A program made the position numbers and the translations under genes. A DNA stretch of 64,000 nt, from positions 372,001 through 436,000 of the forward strand of contig JAYWIR010000047.1 in NCBI GenBank assembly GCA_036172245.1, read 5' to 3'. Origin of the DNA: Raillietiella orientalis (taxonomy: Eukaryota). Positions 39,331 through 53,191 of this stretch are shown piece by piece. The notes below the pieces were generated by a model. The model made no database searches, was not told the origin of the DNA, and saw only the letters and a list, made by a program, of their open reading frames with translations. How positions within the stretch are numbered: position 1 is the stretch's first letter; every line of letters begins with the position of its first letter.

Positions 39331-42300
39331 AAAAAAGAAAAACAATATGCAAAATTTCTCTTCGTGTTTCACATGGGGAGTTTGAATGCAACGGAGCAAT
39401 TAAAACAAAGTGGGAACCGCGGTAATATTTATTAAACTCGTGCCATCATTTGTTATTATAATAAAAGGAGATTCATTCCGTACTCTCTAAATGCTCAAGT
39501 GTACTTACAAAGGCAGAAGAGTTACGTACTATGACCAAGGTTTCGAGTCACATGAGAGCTGAATCAGCGGAATTGCTCGAGCCAACTAAAATATTTAATT
39601 TGCGACTTCAGTGGAAAAAGTTTACCATGTAATCAAAGTGAATAATTTGTTGATGTTTAATTTATTTCGAATTCCTTTAATTTACTGGCCCCCTTCAATT
39701 TACTGCTTCCCTTTAATTTACTGGAGTCTTTGCTTATAGTGTTTACACATTGCTACCAACAGAAAGGAATTGAAATAAGAACAGACGAAATAGGAAATTC
39801 TTTAAAACTGATGATGCAAATTGACAATAATTAAAGCTATAAATATGAAATTTTCTAATTCTTTCTGACAAAGAAATTTCGAACCAAAATTTTGAATTTT
39901 TGATGCAAAAATGAAGACTCTTGAGAAGAAGAAAACAAGCTCATAAGGAAAACAGCTTTCTAAGAAATCCTTCATTTAGAAATTTCCAATTAACAATTTC
40001 GAAATAAAAAATTCAATTATTTTAGAAATTTACAACGACTAAGTGATAAAACAAAACTGTAATAGCATACGTAAAATGAAGCCTTGATACGCAAAGCAGC
40101 ATACATGTACATCGAAGGATACAATGTTAAAAATTACAGAGTTTTTGTTGCACAAAATTAGCAATGGCATGAAACGTTTCTAAAGGTATCTAAGATGCGT
40201 AGGCTGCAATTAGACTCAAGCTATGAATTTAAAAGGAAACCCTGATGAAAAAACATTGCTGTCGAGTTCAGTTTTGCATTCCAATTGATATTAAAAAGGA
40301 AAATATTGATGGATAAGAACTTTAAAATATTGAGCAACAATCCACGGTGCAATCTTCGGTTATCCTCGAAAGCTCCGCTTGTTAGCACAGTAATTCAAAA
40401 GTCGAAGTAATTTTTCTTGAAAGCAATAATAATGTAATGAGTAGCCGAGTGTCCAAGCTCGTGAACAAAACCTATTGACAATGTCGTGTGCAGTTTATAA
40501 ATCAGGGAAGGAACTCTGTGAATACAGAAAGACACGGAAAGGGGTAATGACACTTATGGTATTCCATAAATACAACTTATTAGCCTCGGTCTGTAATGTT
40601 TTAATTGATACAGGTGAATAGTATGGATAGTTTTAATGAGAACATGAGTAGGTAGAAGTCTCAGAATGCTCTTCCTAGTAGGCAGAGAATTTATAGCATG
40701 GAATCAGCAAGCTCACGCATTGCAACAGAATTTTTAATAGGGAATAAGGAAACATGAGTGCATGGTATTAGTGCGGCGTTCATGTATTTTGTGAATAAGG
40801 AATTAAAGTTTGTATTCTTCGCCCTAAATTTCTTTACTGTATAGAATAGCATTAATGTGATACTGAAGAAGTCTCGATCTTTTGGATCCTGCTTTCAAGG
40901 AGATCAGCTCATCATCGGACTTGTAAAATGTCTGTTCCGAAAACTTTGTACTTTTATTTTCTTATGCGGCCTTATCTACTCCCTCGGAAGTTTTAACATC
41001 TTCCCCCTTTTAATTGTCTATTTGCTCCAGTCTCAAGTGTCCAGAAAATTGGTATTACTATCTTTTTCCATTTCTAGAATTAACTGCCTTCCCATGTTTT
41101 TTTATGAGGACATGATATCCATTATTTAGACTATCCAAAACTAGCAGTATCACCGCAAAAGGTTCGTATCCTTTCTCATAAGCAGACTTCATTGTCACGT
41201 TCATGTCGACTGAGGCTGAGCACAGCATCCCAGGATTGAACAAGAGTTTTCAAATCTTCCTAAAATTCCTCGAAGCTTGTTGCAATGTTTTAAGAGTCTG
41301 AATTCGTTCCCTTTGTGCCACAGCTCACTTGGTATTATGCCATTCAAGGGTTCAAGTTATCGTGTAATCGATTGTACATCCTGTTTGCGAGTACGCATAT
41401 TCGTAAATCGAATGTTTGTTAAGCAGAGGACCAAGAGCAGTACCAAGTATTTCAAATATTATCTATTGCAACGCATGCAAATGTAAAGATGTTTAAAGGT
41501 TTTCGTTCTTTTGTTCGATTCCGAGTCAAAGGCACTATGACTCTAGAAAATTTGTTTTTGCAGCTTCTCTACTGACTTTGCATATTTTTTGTTTTTAATG
41601 CACTTCTATTGGTTTTATTTCACGACGTCTTAGAATCTCCGGTCTTCTTTCCGGTTCACCAGCTTCTCACTTGTCATTAATGTGAGGATAACGAACATGT
41701 CAACACCAAGCACAACTTTACATGGAATTTGAGGAAATTAAAGATATAAAGCTTGATTCCCTTGCCTTCTAACTGTAGGTGTGATTCAAGTGAGAAACAG
41801 GGCTACCTAAAGCATTATCTTGGGCTAGAGGGTGATTTATGCAGCTTGATTTCGTTTTCTGTTGTAAGCAATATTTTGAAATGTCCTTATTTTCGTGAAT
41901 AAAAAGAGTCCTGCTATCTAACAAAATGCTTGCGAGTACACTTTAGTACAGAATTTTTGTAAAAGAAATCTGTACATGGCCTCAGTTGTGTCATGGGTTA
42001 TTAGCTGTTTTTATCTTGCTACGGGGTTTTCAAACAGGAAATTTCTAAAAATTGGTCCGAATTCTTAAAAGCCGAAATTCTAATTTAATCTGTCTTTTAA
42101 GATTTTTTAAATCACTGAAGGTACAGACTCCTTATCGCTACCATGTATTACTCAGGTATATAAGGATATCAGAAAGTCAGTAAAGGATTAAAATACTTTC
42201 AGTTCAAATACTCCATTCAAATATGTGACCTGATACCAATTGCGTAAAGATGTAAAATACAGAAAAGGCTGATGTAAATATGAGAAAATGAAATGGAGCT

Positions 42301-42413
42301 TTTTATATGCTACTTCATTTTCTAGCAACAACTATTTGCATGGATAATTGCGTACTTCGGAACTCATCATTTCGAACGTGCTGGACGAAATCGAGGAGAT
42401 ATGATCCTGTGGA

Positions 42414-42826
42414 TCAAACTCATTTCAGCCGCGGGCCATTTAATGCAACTGCCAAGATTCACGCGGGCCACATGACATTTAGAAATCTTTTTAACATATA
42501 AAAAATTGGGGGTTTAATATAAATTTTAGAAATTCAAATAACCGCAACGACTTACTTTTTTTTTTAAATAAGTCACAAATCTTTGGCACGCCGATCGAGA
42601 CAAAGAAACTGGCGCAAATGCCTTTCATTAAAATTCGTTAAATAAACAAAAACTGGGTTTATATTTAACGCTGCACTTGGACTTTGTCTCCCACGGTGGG
42701 CCATATGACATATGACATGGCAACGACGCGACGGCTACTTGCTATTTTCTTCTGTTCTTTCATTTCATTTCGGAGCATCGCGGGCCACAAAAAATCACAT
42801 CGAGGGCTGCCAGTTTGACACCCCTG
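42414..42826. mobile_element. hAT-type MITE (left end degenerate)
   Basis: Right end AGTTTGACACCCCTG and internal GCGGGCCA subterminal repeats. The first ~110 bp are homologous to 62066-62172. No TSD visible. Confidence 0.75.
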
Positions 42827-43516
42827 CTGTATCTTATTAAAATTCTTGTATCTTATTAAAATGAATTCAACTTGTCAAAAGGAAAACTTGCACTGAGTAT
42901 CCTTTGGTCTTAGGGTAATTTGAGGAATCCACCTCAAATGAAACTTTTTATTTGCTTTTCTTAGCAACAAATTCATGTTATGACAGAACAAAAGCTTTTT
43001 GCCTCGCTGGGTATTCTGTCATCGACTCTAGCTGATCTATGCATGGGCCCTAGAAATCATCTCTCAGCAATTTTGTCTAATATACCTATTTTTATTCAGG
43101 AAATATTTTTGTCAAATAATGTATTTCGATTTTCATTTCTCTCAACTCAAGTTTATCCTTCAATTTTATTTCCAATGCCAGGCTCAGCTCCACCCAATTC
43201 ATCTCGAGCATAGCCAGTGATCCAAGGGTGTGCGCAAAGAAGATAAAGATCGAAGACTGCGACATGTCTAGATAGTTCTCTACGTTACCAATATGTTTGC
43301 TGTATGATTTGTATCCATAACAATGAAATATTTTAACGGTTTGCTGTGTGCCTGGTATAATCCGATAGACTGGAATGGATTCATTAAAATTATCATTTGT
43401 AAATGTGAAAGCCTCTTCTTTTTAAAGTATATGCTACTGGATTAATCTGAATATTATTCTTTTTCTGCATAGTTTATAAAAGTTTTACTGGACCATTTCT
43501 ATTCTTTACTATATTG

Positions 43517-43616
43517 ATTTTTCTTAGTTTCGTGTCACTGACACGAAACTAAGAAAAATGCTTGTTTTTATCCTCAGTGCTTGTTTTTATCCTCAGGTGA
43601 GGATAAAAACAAGCAC
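43517..43616. repeat. Two adjacent perfect palindromes plus a 19-bp direct duplication
   Basis: 21-bp arms 43517-43537 / 43539-43559 (1-nt spacer). TGCTTGTTTTTATCCTCAG twice (43559, 43578). 19-bp arms 43577-43595 / 43598-43616 (2-nt spacer). Confidence 0.92.
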
Positions 43617-43903
43617 CTTCTTCATTAAATTCAGATGATTTCTTTAGAAGTACAGTCGATCCCTTTCTTTTGAGAAATACGAAACCATACGGGGCACGAG
43701 TACAGGAATAGTTCCGGCTATGAAGCTAATTATCATAAAGTTTATCATTGGGTAACTCGAAAGAGCATCAAATGAAACCAGTCTGCCTATTTTCTTTCTG
43801 CAAAAAATAACCATGAGTCACGAACTGCGATCCCTTCCCTTTGTCCATCGAACTGTGATCCCTTCCCTTTTTTCCCCAAGTTCCACAAGGGGTGGGGTAA
43901 ATT

Positions 43904-45790
43904 TATTTTCTTTTAAATCTCATTCATTCTACAATAACATTCATACATTATACCAACACTTTATCACTTTGAAGTCCTTGGGGGTATCACAAGTTCTGCT
44001 TTCAGGGTGGGTTTCCAGATGTTTGGTCCCTGGCGTCGTCTTCAATCCTCTTTAGGATGAATCGGTACGTCCAGGCTTGGATTTTCCCACAGTTCCTAAT
44101 GCCAATTTCCCTCTTCAGGAGCCCTTGTAGGATCTCCATCGGTGGTGCGGCTCTCCTGGCTTTCCTCATTTTCCACCACCGAACAAGTATGGCGGTGATG
44201 AAGAGGGCAATGGTCGTCCTCACCATGGGATTGTAACAGGGAACATTACCATCCCCCTGAAACATCCCGGCGAGGATCTCCATTACGGATCTGTTCGTAA
44301 GTCCGATGATCCTTTTCAGGATCAGCCAGTCGTGTAGCAATGTGGGACACGTCAAGACGTGAAGTCTCGTATCGATGTCTCCACATGCCGTGCAGTCTTC
44401 ATCTTCCTGTCTTCGCGTGAAGTGCTTGAGCCTGAACCCGCTCTGGATTCCTCCATGATAAAACATCAGGAGGTTGTCCTGGGTGTCCGGCGGAAGGTCA
44501 CCCCTCCAGAACGTCGTGCCGATCGCTAACAGGTTGATCCTGTTACTCCAGTAGCGATCGGCGGCTTCTTGGAGGGCACTGGTGTCTTGGTCCTGGTCCT
44601 TGATAATCTTCCGGAGGTTCTTCTTGGTTACCTTAGACCACGCGAGGTGGTTGTGGTTTATCCACACTTCGCGGGTCTTATGGGTGAACCTACCTAGCAT
44701 CATCTCCATATACCGAAGTATACGAGTGTGATGTAGGTATCCACCTCGTCACCATTCCTGGATTCTTTACAGGGAAACTCTGGACCGCTGGTAAATCCAG
44801 CTTCTCGTGTCCGGAGGGACCGGAAGCATCCAGGGGATCACCAGGATGGATTCCTCCTGCCAGAGTTCCCTGCTTCTCGGTACAATCTTGATCTTGTGCT
44901 TGCGCACCAGCCGTTGCTTTCTCCTCCAGGTTGGGTCGATGTTGATCCATTCCTCTGCTCGGCATAGCAGCGCAGTCATTAGGCCTTTCGAGTTGTTCAA
45001 CAACAACGCGTAGGCCCTATGCGCCGCGTACGGCCAGTCATCCCAGTGAGTAGCAATATCCAGGATGTGTCGCGAATCCATGATTTCCATGGAGTGTGCA
45101 AGCGACTTCATCCCGGAGCCATCTTCTTCCCTGGGGCGACACAGGGGTTTTAACCTTACTCTTGGGCGATAATGCCCCACAGTGTCTTCCTCTGCAGCTT
45201 TTCTACTTCCCTGGTGTTCTCTTTGTTCATCCTGGCGAAGGCCGCTACGAAGAGCACCTTTGGAAGGAGTACTCCATTCCAGAGATTGGCCTTTCGCTTC
45301 ATGCCAAAGTCCAGTCGGGTGTACTTCGCTGCTTCTTTGGCCGTTTTCCCCAGGATTTCCGTCCACAGTAGCTTCGACGCAGAGTCGTCGCCGATGTAGA
45401 CTCCCAGGTACTTGGCCGCGTCCACCGTTCGGAATCCTATCCCCGTGAGAGCGGAGAGGTCCAGGATTCCGACGGGCAAAAGCTGGCTCTTCTGGGCGTT
45501 AATCTTCAGGCCCAGTCCTTCTTCCATTAGAGTCACCACATCCAGGAACGCTTGCTGATCCCTCTCTGCCCTAATGAAGAAGAGGAGATGTTCTGCGTAA
45601 GCGAGATGGGTGAGCTTCTGGTCGTCGATTTCCATGCCTCGTAGTCGTCCGCTCTTCTCGATGAAAGAAGACAGCGCCTCCATGCAGATAACGAACAGCA
45701 TCGGACTTAGCGAGTCGCCCTGCCGAACTCCTCGTTCCATCCGAATGTCTGCTGTTTCCTCCAATTCCGAATAACTTATTTTGATTTCAG
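43904..45790 (-). mobile_element. 5'-truncated non-LTR retrotransposon (L1/Tx1-like), RT C-half plus CCHC zinc knuckle, inactive
   Basis: RGVRQGDSLSPMLF, HLAYAEHLL (YADD position), GLKINAQKS, KYLG and CTACGDIDTRLHVLTC. One frameshift near 45170, one in-frame stop at 44769-44767, AATAAA at ~43909-43904. Confidence 0.92.
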
Positions 45791-46402
45791 CCTTTTGCCA
45801 ACCGATCAAAAAGGTGTGTTTCTTTGGTTCGTACGTCGTTTTACTCACAATGCACGTGGACTACGAAAATTTCTGTGTTCAAATCTTGCTACGACCCTCC
45901 TTTGTGACCGAGGGTGGACAGATTTCCAGAGTTCAGCAAGATGTACGACGATAAGTTATGCCATTGGAAAACATTTTGAAAATTTTTGCTTGGAAGTTTT
46001 TGCAAGTTCTGCATTTTGTTTTATGGTTCCGTAATGCAATTTATCGGTAACTTAAGAACCAGTGCCTTCAGTCCAGAATGGATTGAACGGCGGCTCTTTG
46101 TTGTTAAAAGAACTTTTGCAAGTGGTAAGATTTGAAGTTACAGTATGAGTTCTTGAAGTACAAATGTTCTCCTTTCGGGGTTGTGTCTCTGCCTTGTAAT
46201 GCTTCTTCAAAACTTTGTGAATGTTATTTGCTTTGTTTGAGGGACACTTAAGAAAATAATGTACGTGCATGTTAAGTACAGACTGATATCGGACTACAAT
46301 ACTCACGTTGAGAATTATGTCTATTTACCTTCGATGGAATACGTGATAGTACTTTCGATTTATGTTCAACCAATACAATTTGTTTTGCATTTTTCAATTT
46401 AA

Positions 46403-49400
46403 GCTTCCTGCTGTTTCCCCGAGAAATATTCACCTTCAATAGAGAAGAAGTGGCGTGAAGTTTGGGAGAATTATTCCTTACAAAAGATATCCACATCCCA
46501 AAGTTCAACACAAACGTTTTCACTTCTTCTTCCCCCTCCAAATATCACTGGATCTCTTCATTTAGGGCATGCTCTTACTGCAACCATTCAGGATTCAATC
46601 ATAAGATGGTGATTTATGATAAAAGTCTCTTTAATATTAAAATTCTGAAGGCATCACATGAAAGGTTATTCTACTATGTGGATCCCAGGAATAGATCATG
46701 CTGGTATTGGAACTCACATAGTTCTTGAAAAGCATTTGCAACTGATGGAGGGAAAGAGTATTGAAGAATATGGAAAAGAAAATTTTCAGAAATTTGCTGT
46801 GAAATGGAAGGACTCGATCAAAGACAAGATTTGGGGACAACTAAAAGTGCTAGGTGCATTTTGTAATTGGGATAAAGAGGTCTTCACCTTAGATCAGGTA
46901 CATACATTTTTATTTATGCACTGCAGTGAGATTATGATTTGGGACAAGCTTTTATAATGACTTATGAGAGGATTGTTTTCCTCATTGAATACATAAGGTG
47001 TGCATGATGATAAAGTTTGTTTACATGAGTTGTAAAGGCAATGATTGCATAGACAACAACAATAATGTACAATAGTGAGCCAAAATTGGGAGAAAAATGT
47101 TTAGCAGTCATGTTTTACTAGAACTTTTGCAATGCTGTGCAGAAGGCATTTATCCAGCTGTTTAATGCCAAACGTATCACACGAAAAATGCATATAGTAA
47201 ATTGGGATGTGAAATTACAAACTGCCATTTCTGACTTGGAAGTATCACACATGAATCTTGAAGGCCCGACATTGATTTCTATTCCTACTTCAAAACATCC
47301 AGTTGAATTTGGATGGCTCTATGATATTATATACGACATAGATTCAGGAGGTCACTTGGATTTATATTTTCACTTATTATGTTCATTTTATAATAGGTGA
47401 GGTTACAGTATCAACTACTAGGCCAGAAACTATTCCTGGAGATGTAGCATTGGCATTTCATCCTGAAGATTCTAGGTTTTCTCATCTTCTAGGCTGTTTG
47501 GCTGTGAATCCACTTACTAAAAGAAAGTTGCCTATTATCACTGATAAACGAGTGGATCCAAACAAAGGAACAGGTTTATTGATTTTAATTTTTTGTTCAT
47601 CCAACCATTTCATGATGCAGGTTTGTTGAAATTGACGCCTGCTCATGATCTCAAAGACCATGATATATGTAAGCAATATGGTTTGCAGCCTATATGCATT
47701 TTCACAGATGCAGGTTATCTTTGTTCTGGTCCTGAATCCCTGCTGGTTGGTTTTTATATCCTGTTGATGCTAATATCATTCATTTAGATGCTGCCTAGAT
47801 TTGAAGCTCGGGAATGTATTTTGGAGCTTCTGAAAGCACAAGGGAAATTACATAGGAAGGTTCCTCATCCTATGAGCTTGCCCATTTCAGATCGTTCTAA
47901 TGAAATAGTGGAACCAATGCTAAAGGAGCAATGGTAGAAATCATTGATACAACAAGAGATGTGTTGATAGTTTATTTTGCATTGAGGTTTTTGGCATGCC
48001 AAGATGTGGCAAAGCAGGCTGTCATTCTTGCTGAAGAAGGATATTTAACCTTTGATCCTCCTTTCTATTTTAATATTTGGAAAGAATTCTTACAAAATCA
48101 AGCAAGGTGATACTCATATAAAGTATTTATAATGATCTTATGACATTTTAGGGATTGGTGTCTCTCTAGACAGATTCAATGGGGACACCAAATTCCAGCT
48201 TTTCTATGTAGTGATTCATCAGGAGAACAAATCTGGGTTGCCTCATCATCAGAAGAAATAGCCTGTAACGAAGCATCACAACTGCTTAGATGTTCTCCTA
48301 AGCAAGTGGTGGTGACACAGGATACAGATGTACTGGACACATGGTTTTCTTCCGGATTGTATGCATTTGCTGCATTTGGCTGGCCTCAACAAGTAGGAGA
48401 TAGCTTCTATGAATTCTTGATGTCAATTTAGACAGTGGCATTGTCCACATGGTATCCTGTCAATTTAATGACAACTGGATGTGATATACTTTTCTTTTGG
48501 GTAGCTCGCATGGTTATGTTAGGGCTATTGCTAACTGATCAGTTACCTTTTCACCATGTTCTTCTTCATGGAATCGTAGTAGATGATCATGGGAAAAAAA
48601 TGTCTAAGTCACGTAATAACACTGTAGATCCTATTGATCTTATTTCTCAAGGAAAAGATGGACAAAAGGTAAGTGAGCATAAAGCACCTCAGAGTTGCAA
48701 ATTTGTGTAGCCCCTGGGTGCTGATACTCTCAGACTTAGTTTGTTGTCAGTCAAGCAAAAAGGTAAGACTACAATTGATATCAAATATACTGTTTAATTA
48801 GTGCAACAGATTCCTTTTGACCAGAATTCATTAAATAGCAATTTTCATTTCTGCAACAAAATTTGGCAGGCTACCCGGTATTTTTCTCTGGCTTGTGGGA
48901 GATACAAGGATTTCCAGCCATCAAGTTTGCTCAGTGTGTCCTCAGTCCCATCATCCAAAAATGCATATAATATGCGATTCCCAGTGCACAGGGATCAGTG
49001 GATTAATCTTGGACTTATGGAACTCTGGATCTTAAGCAGGATACATCAGCTGGCGGATGAATGCAATGAGCACTTTCAAGTACATCAAAGATGCAATCAA
49101 AACATAAGGAATACTTTTTAGAGAAGTGATCTGCACCTGGCAATGAACACCATACAACATTACTGGCTGCATGATTTGTGTAGTGTGTATTTGGAATCCA
49201 CCAAACCACATCTCCAGAATTCAGAGTCTTCAGAACAGGCACTGGGTGCATTGCATGTTCTTTATTTTGCTTTGGAAAATGGTTTAAAAGCTTTACATCC
49301 TTTTGCACCATTCGTCACCGAAGAATTGTATCAACTAATGCATGTATCTTGGCTCCAGGAAAATGTGGTAACTCTGTTGCAAACTCCTTATCCGCAACCT

Positions 49401-50027
49401 CACATGGTGAATATGCAACAAATTTGTATTTATGTATGTTGTTGATACAAGCTCAAAAATTGGCACAATCCAAGTTTGGATGCTCTTGTTAAGTGGATGC
49501 TATCTGTTGTTGCTGTGGTAAGATCTGTCAGCATTCAGTGCCAGATTAAGAATCCTATAGGTAATTATTCTTTGTTATCCTGACTAGTGAAACTTGTGTT
49601 TAGTTTTTATTGATGCACCAGATATGCTCTCCTTTGCAAAACTGATAGGGCCTCCTTTGAATAACTTTTGTAAAGCAGATGCTATTATTTGGTCTTCTAG
49701 AATAGATTCCCAGTGCATTCCTATTCTAGTGGAAAGTAATATCAGGGTATCAATATTGCTCAGGGTTAGTACCATAGCAACATTAACGTGTAACATATCT
49801 CTGAAAAGAACTGTGCAAATCTTGGAAGCTTAACAGATAGTCTTGAAAGAAAACTGAAAAAATTGCAGAAAAACATTCAAAGGTCACATAGTATGCCAGA
49901 TGATGTCACAGTAAGGAGTTTAATATGCCCAGACATCAGTTGTGCATAATTGTTTCAGATCCGGAATTTAGAAGCTGAGTGCAAGAAAATTAATGAGCTG
50001 TTAAAAGGCATTCGTCGTTTGCAATAA
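46403..50027 (+). CDS. VARS2: Valyl-tRNA synthetase, probably mitochondrial type; first exon unresolved
   Basis: [15 protein letters not shown] (HIGH motif), [79 protein letters not shown] (~48597), [22 protein letters not shown]. Many ~40-55 nt introns, stop TAA 50025-50027, AATAAA 50107. ValRS is secure; the mitochondrial paralog call is inference. Confidence 0.94.
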
Positions 50028-50457
50028 TCTTCGATGTGAATTCAGCTTAACTGGTAAATACAGAATATGGGAATATCAAAGGAATATTGGATTCATCAAT
50101 GTTGAAAATAAAGTGTATTTATTAAACAGGTTACTTGATGGATTTCCACATATGATTCACATCATATATGTAGAAAGATTTGGCACGTGATGCATCAGAG
50201 CTGCTCAAAATGTTTGTGGGTTTCTCATGATCATGTTTGTTGCTTCCTGCTCCGTAAATGCGAATCCATTCAAGAAAATGTTCGGCGTTCGAGTGCGGCA
50301 AGCCCTTTTTGCTTTGAATTGTTCGGCCGTATCGTACTCAATTCTATTAAAGCAGATAAAATTAAACACTGGTTTTCAATAAGGAAAATTTTTAAAAAAC
50401 AAAATGCTGAATTCGTAATCAAATTTTTTTTTTAAAAAAAAATGTCCAGTAGCGTCC

Positions 50458-51290
50458 TCACAGGGAGATCGTTACTATTGACCTAGGATGATGGAAAATC
50501 CTTTTGGGTTCTCTTCTGTTTTCTCTGCTTTCCTTGTAGTTTTTTATTTTTTGGTTCTCTAAGTACCCGAAAACCGTTCTTCTGGCGAAGCTTCGTGAGC
50601 CGCCAGGCAAACTCTCGAAGCTCCTTAACACTGCTCCAACATCACCGAGGTAACTCTTCAAGTTAGGGGATGCCCGGGAGGACACCACCCTATGAATGTA
50701 GGAAGGGCTCCGGAGAAAGGTGTCCGTTCCTCTCACGCTTGGGAGCGAACCACGAAGGGAACCCTTCACCTTGGTTGTCTCCGAAGGGAACCTCTTCCTG
50801 ATTCTCTGCGGAGGGACCTTCTGGAGGAGATCACTTCTCCGAAAGGAACCCGGAAAGAACCAGCTCTTGGAATTTCTTCTCCGGTGGGCACCCGCGTGGG
50901 AAGCGCTCTTGTTACTCCTCTGAAGAGAATCCCGAAGGGACGCCTCCAAATTTCTATAAAAGGTCTCTGCCCATAGGGGGGAGCTCACTTCACACTCTGG
51001 AGAGGTATCAATCCATCAACTCCATGGTACGCGATGAAGGGTCCCTCCGGGGTGGGCTCCATTTGTATAACCGGAAGGGAACCCCGAAAGGAGCCGATTC
51101 CTTGATTCTGCTTCCTGTAAGGACCCCGAAGGATCAATTTTCAATCCCGGACACTCATCGGGAGCATGCAGTTTTATCCGCTACCAGTACCGCACTCGAA
51201 TGTAGGCCAACCAGCGTCATCTTGCAGGAGGAACTCGAACCCACGACGCACCCGTTTCTCTGGCATCGATCCTTTATTTCACCCGCTCGC
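50458..51290 (-). mobile_element. Penelope-like retroelement RT/thumb/linker fragment
   Basis: RCQRNGCVVGSSSS (QxxGxxMGSxxS), RDPSSRTMEL (HPxIxFTME), GLIPLQSV (LPFLDV), ETFYRN (TVYRK), SLPSVRG..HRVVSSRASPNLKSYL (LPY..G..RVVF..NLKS.L). Related to the copies at 1-1050 and 27372-27610. Confidence 0.62.
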
Positions 51291-51298
51291 TCCGGTGC

Positions 51299-52790
51299 AT
51301 TTATTGTAAAGAAATGTTTACAAAAAAAAAAACAGTCATATAAAATATAAAATGTCTTTCTTCGTAGTGGCTTCACATCACCACTGCGAAGGGAAATGCT
51401 TCGGAGGCCCCTGCTTCTCGTGAGCAGCTCCCCGATGACGTCCGCACAGCAGGAGTGGAGGAAGAGGCGAGCAAAAACAACAACACAAGAGTTCAGTTTA
51501 AAAATATTTGGGGGGAAGGGAAGGGATTACGGATTTCTTCCTGGCGTCCTCAGCATCCTCTGGAGGATGTTGGCAACTTCCTCCTTTTGTTGAAAGTGAT
51601 GTGGCCATGTTGTCGCCTTCCTGACGAAGGAGCAGGCGATTACGATGACCTCATCATTCGACTGGCCTCTTTCGGCGCGGCTTCTCTCTGCCACAGTCCC
51701 ACGAAGGCGGCACGGAGCGGCCAGGGAAGCTGCAGGCGACATCGAGTCGCACGTGAAGAGGCTCCAAAGGCCTCTCTGCTGCTGTCCATCGGGAGTGGGA
51801 GGGCCGCAGCGGAGTGTTCCCGGACACTCGGGAGGGCAACACAATCCAAAAACAGGTGCGGGAAGGTTTCCCGTTCCATGTTCCGGACACAGTCCAGTGG
51901 TGGACTAGTGAGTTGCATGGGATCGCCCAGCACAGCAACTGCAATGCCGAGTCCTGCCACTTCAGGGGAAGCGTGGAGCTGTCTACAAACACTGGAAGAG
52001 TCTGTATTTCTTCTAAGCGAATGTCCAGAAGCTCCGCCCAGCGAAGAATTCCTTTGGGGAAGGCGGCGGTGGTACACTCTTCAGCCAGTTGACTCGCAGT
52101 CCAGCGTCAAAAACTTCCTTTTTCCCTCGATTTCTCAGGAGGCTTCCCATCTTGCAAGGTCATCGCCACGTTTACTTTGTTGGATTGTGTTTAGGGTGAC
52201 CGCAAGTGCGGTGGTTCGCGTCCAGGTGACCTCCCTTGGACAGTCCATGATTTCCTGCAACGAGCAGCGAGCGTAGTTTGAGAATCTCAGGCATCGAGAT
52301 GGCTCCGGGCTCGTGCGATTTCTTTTCGCTCGCGCCTGAACCGTTTCCTGTTTCCAGGCACTACAGTTGGCGGGGCAGCAGAAAATCCATCTGTTCTCCT
52401 GGACTAAGGCGACCATTTATCGGAGTTGTCACTCGCGTCGGGGCAACTCTCGGTGGCCATGCATGAGGAACGTACCGAATCCCTCTGCGCTGGCTGCTTT
52501 CTTGGCCAGGAGTCTGGCCAGGACTCACCAATGTGTGGTCCAGAACTTCGCTGCTAGGGCTAATCTTCTACATTGAAGCTGACTCTCTATCCTCTCCAGC
52601 ATCAGGACGCGGAGTCCAGAGTCCCGAGGCAGCTCACACAAGTTCTTCAAGCGGATCCGGAACCTCTGCGTTCCCCAGAAGACTTTTCGCATAAGGTCCT
52701 CGGTCCTCTTTGTCACATCTCGGGACGGGAGACAAACAGAAAGCAGGGTCGGAGGACGGGACCCCCGAATGTGTTCCACAGGACAGCCTG
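51299..52790 (-). mobile_element. Non-LTR retrotransposon 3' fragment (L1/Tx1-like)
   Basis: RKVFWGTQRFRIRLKNLCELPRDSGL (post-RT block) and DCVRNMERETFPHLFLDC (CCHC knuckle). AT-rich tail with AATAAA at ~51300. Confidence 0.75.
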
Positions 52791-52865
52791 TTCCGGCAAG
52801 AGAAATTTTCCATTTAGGAACGGGCTGAGCACCAATTCTGTCTTTGGAGTGCTGATTGAGGTTGC

Positions 52866-53191
52866 TTATTTACACTACATTAAATAAAATATTTTCATTT
52901 TTCCCAAACATACATTATTTATTTAAAAGTTATAATTCGAATAAATCAATGATTCATTTACATTTTTAAGATATCACATAGATGAAAAACATTATAGTGA
53001 ACTCTATACGACACCGCGAAAAACCGAGAATAGTCCGCCGATAGAAATGGAATTTTGTTCACTGTCGTTGCCAAGGAAATTCATTATAAGAACGTAAGTG
53101 TATGCGCCCATCTCAAACACTGATAGTGTTAACGCATGCCGCGAGTATAAGGTAAAAACATTTCCCAGACGCGTGCATAGCACTCAAAGGG
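52866..53191. mobile_element. Truncated copy of the piggyBac-type MITE
   Basis: Near-identical to 25861-26201, same orientation, ending CACTCAAAGGG|TTAA. Left ~155 bp absent. Confidence 0.87.

Noticed and set aside
40449..40463. HELGH zinc-metalloprotease motif on the minus strand
   Set aside because: The frame closes within ~20 codons without a usable donor or third-ligand context, so it is probably chance.
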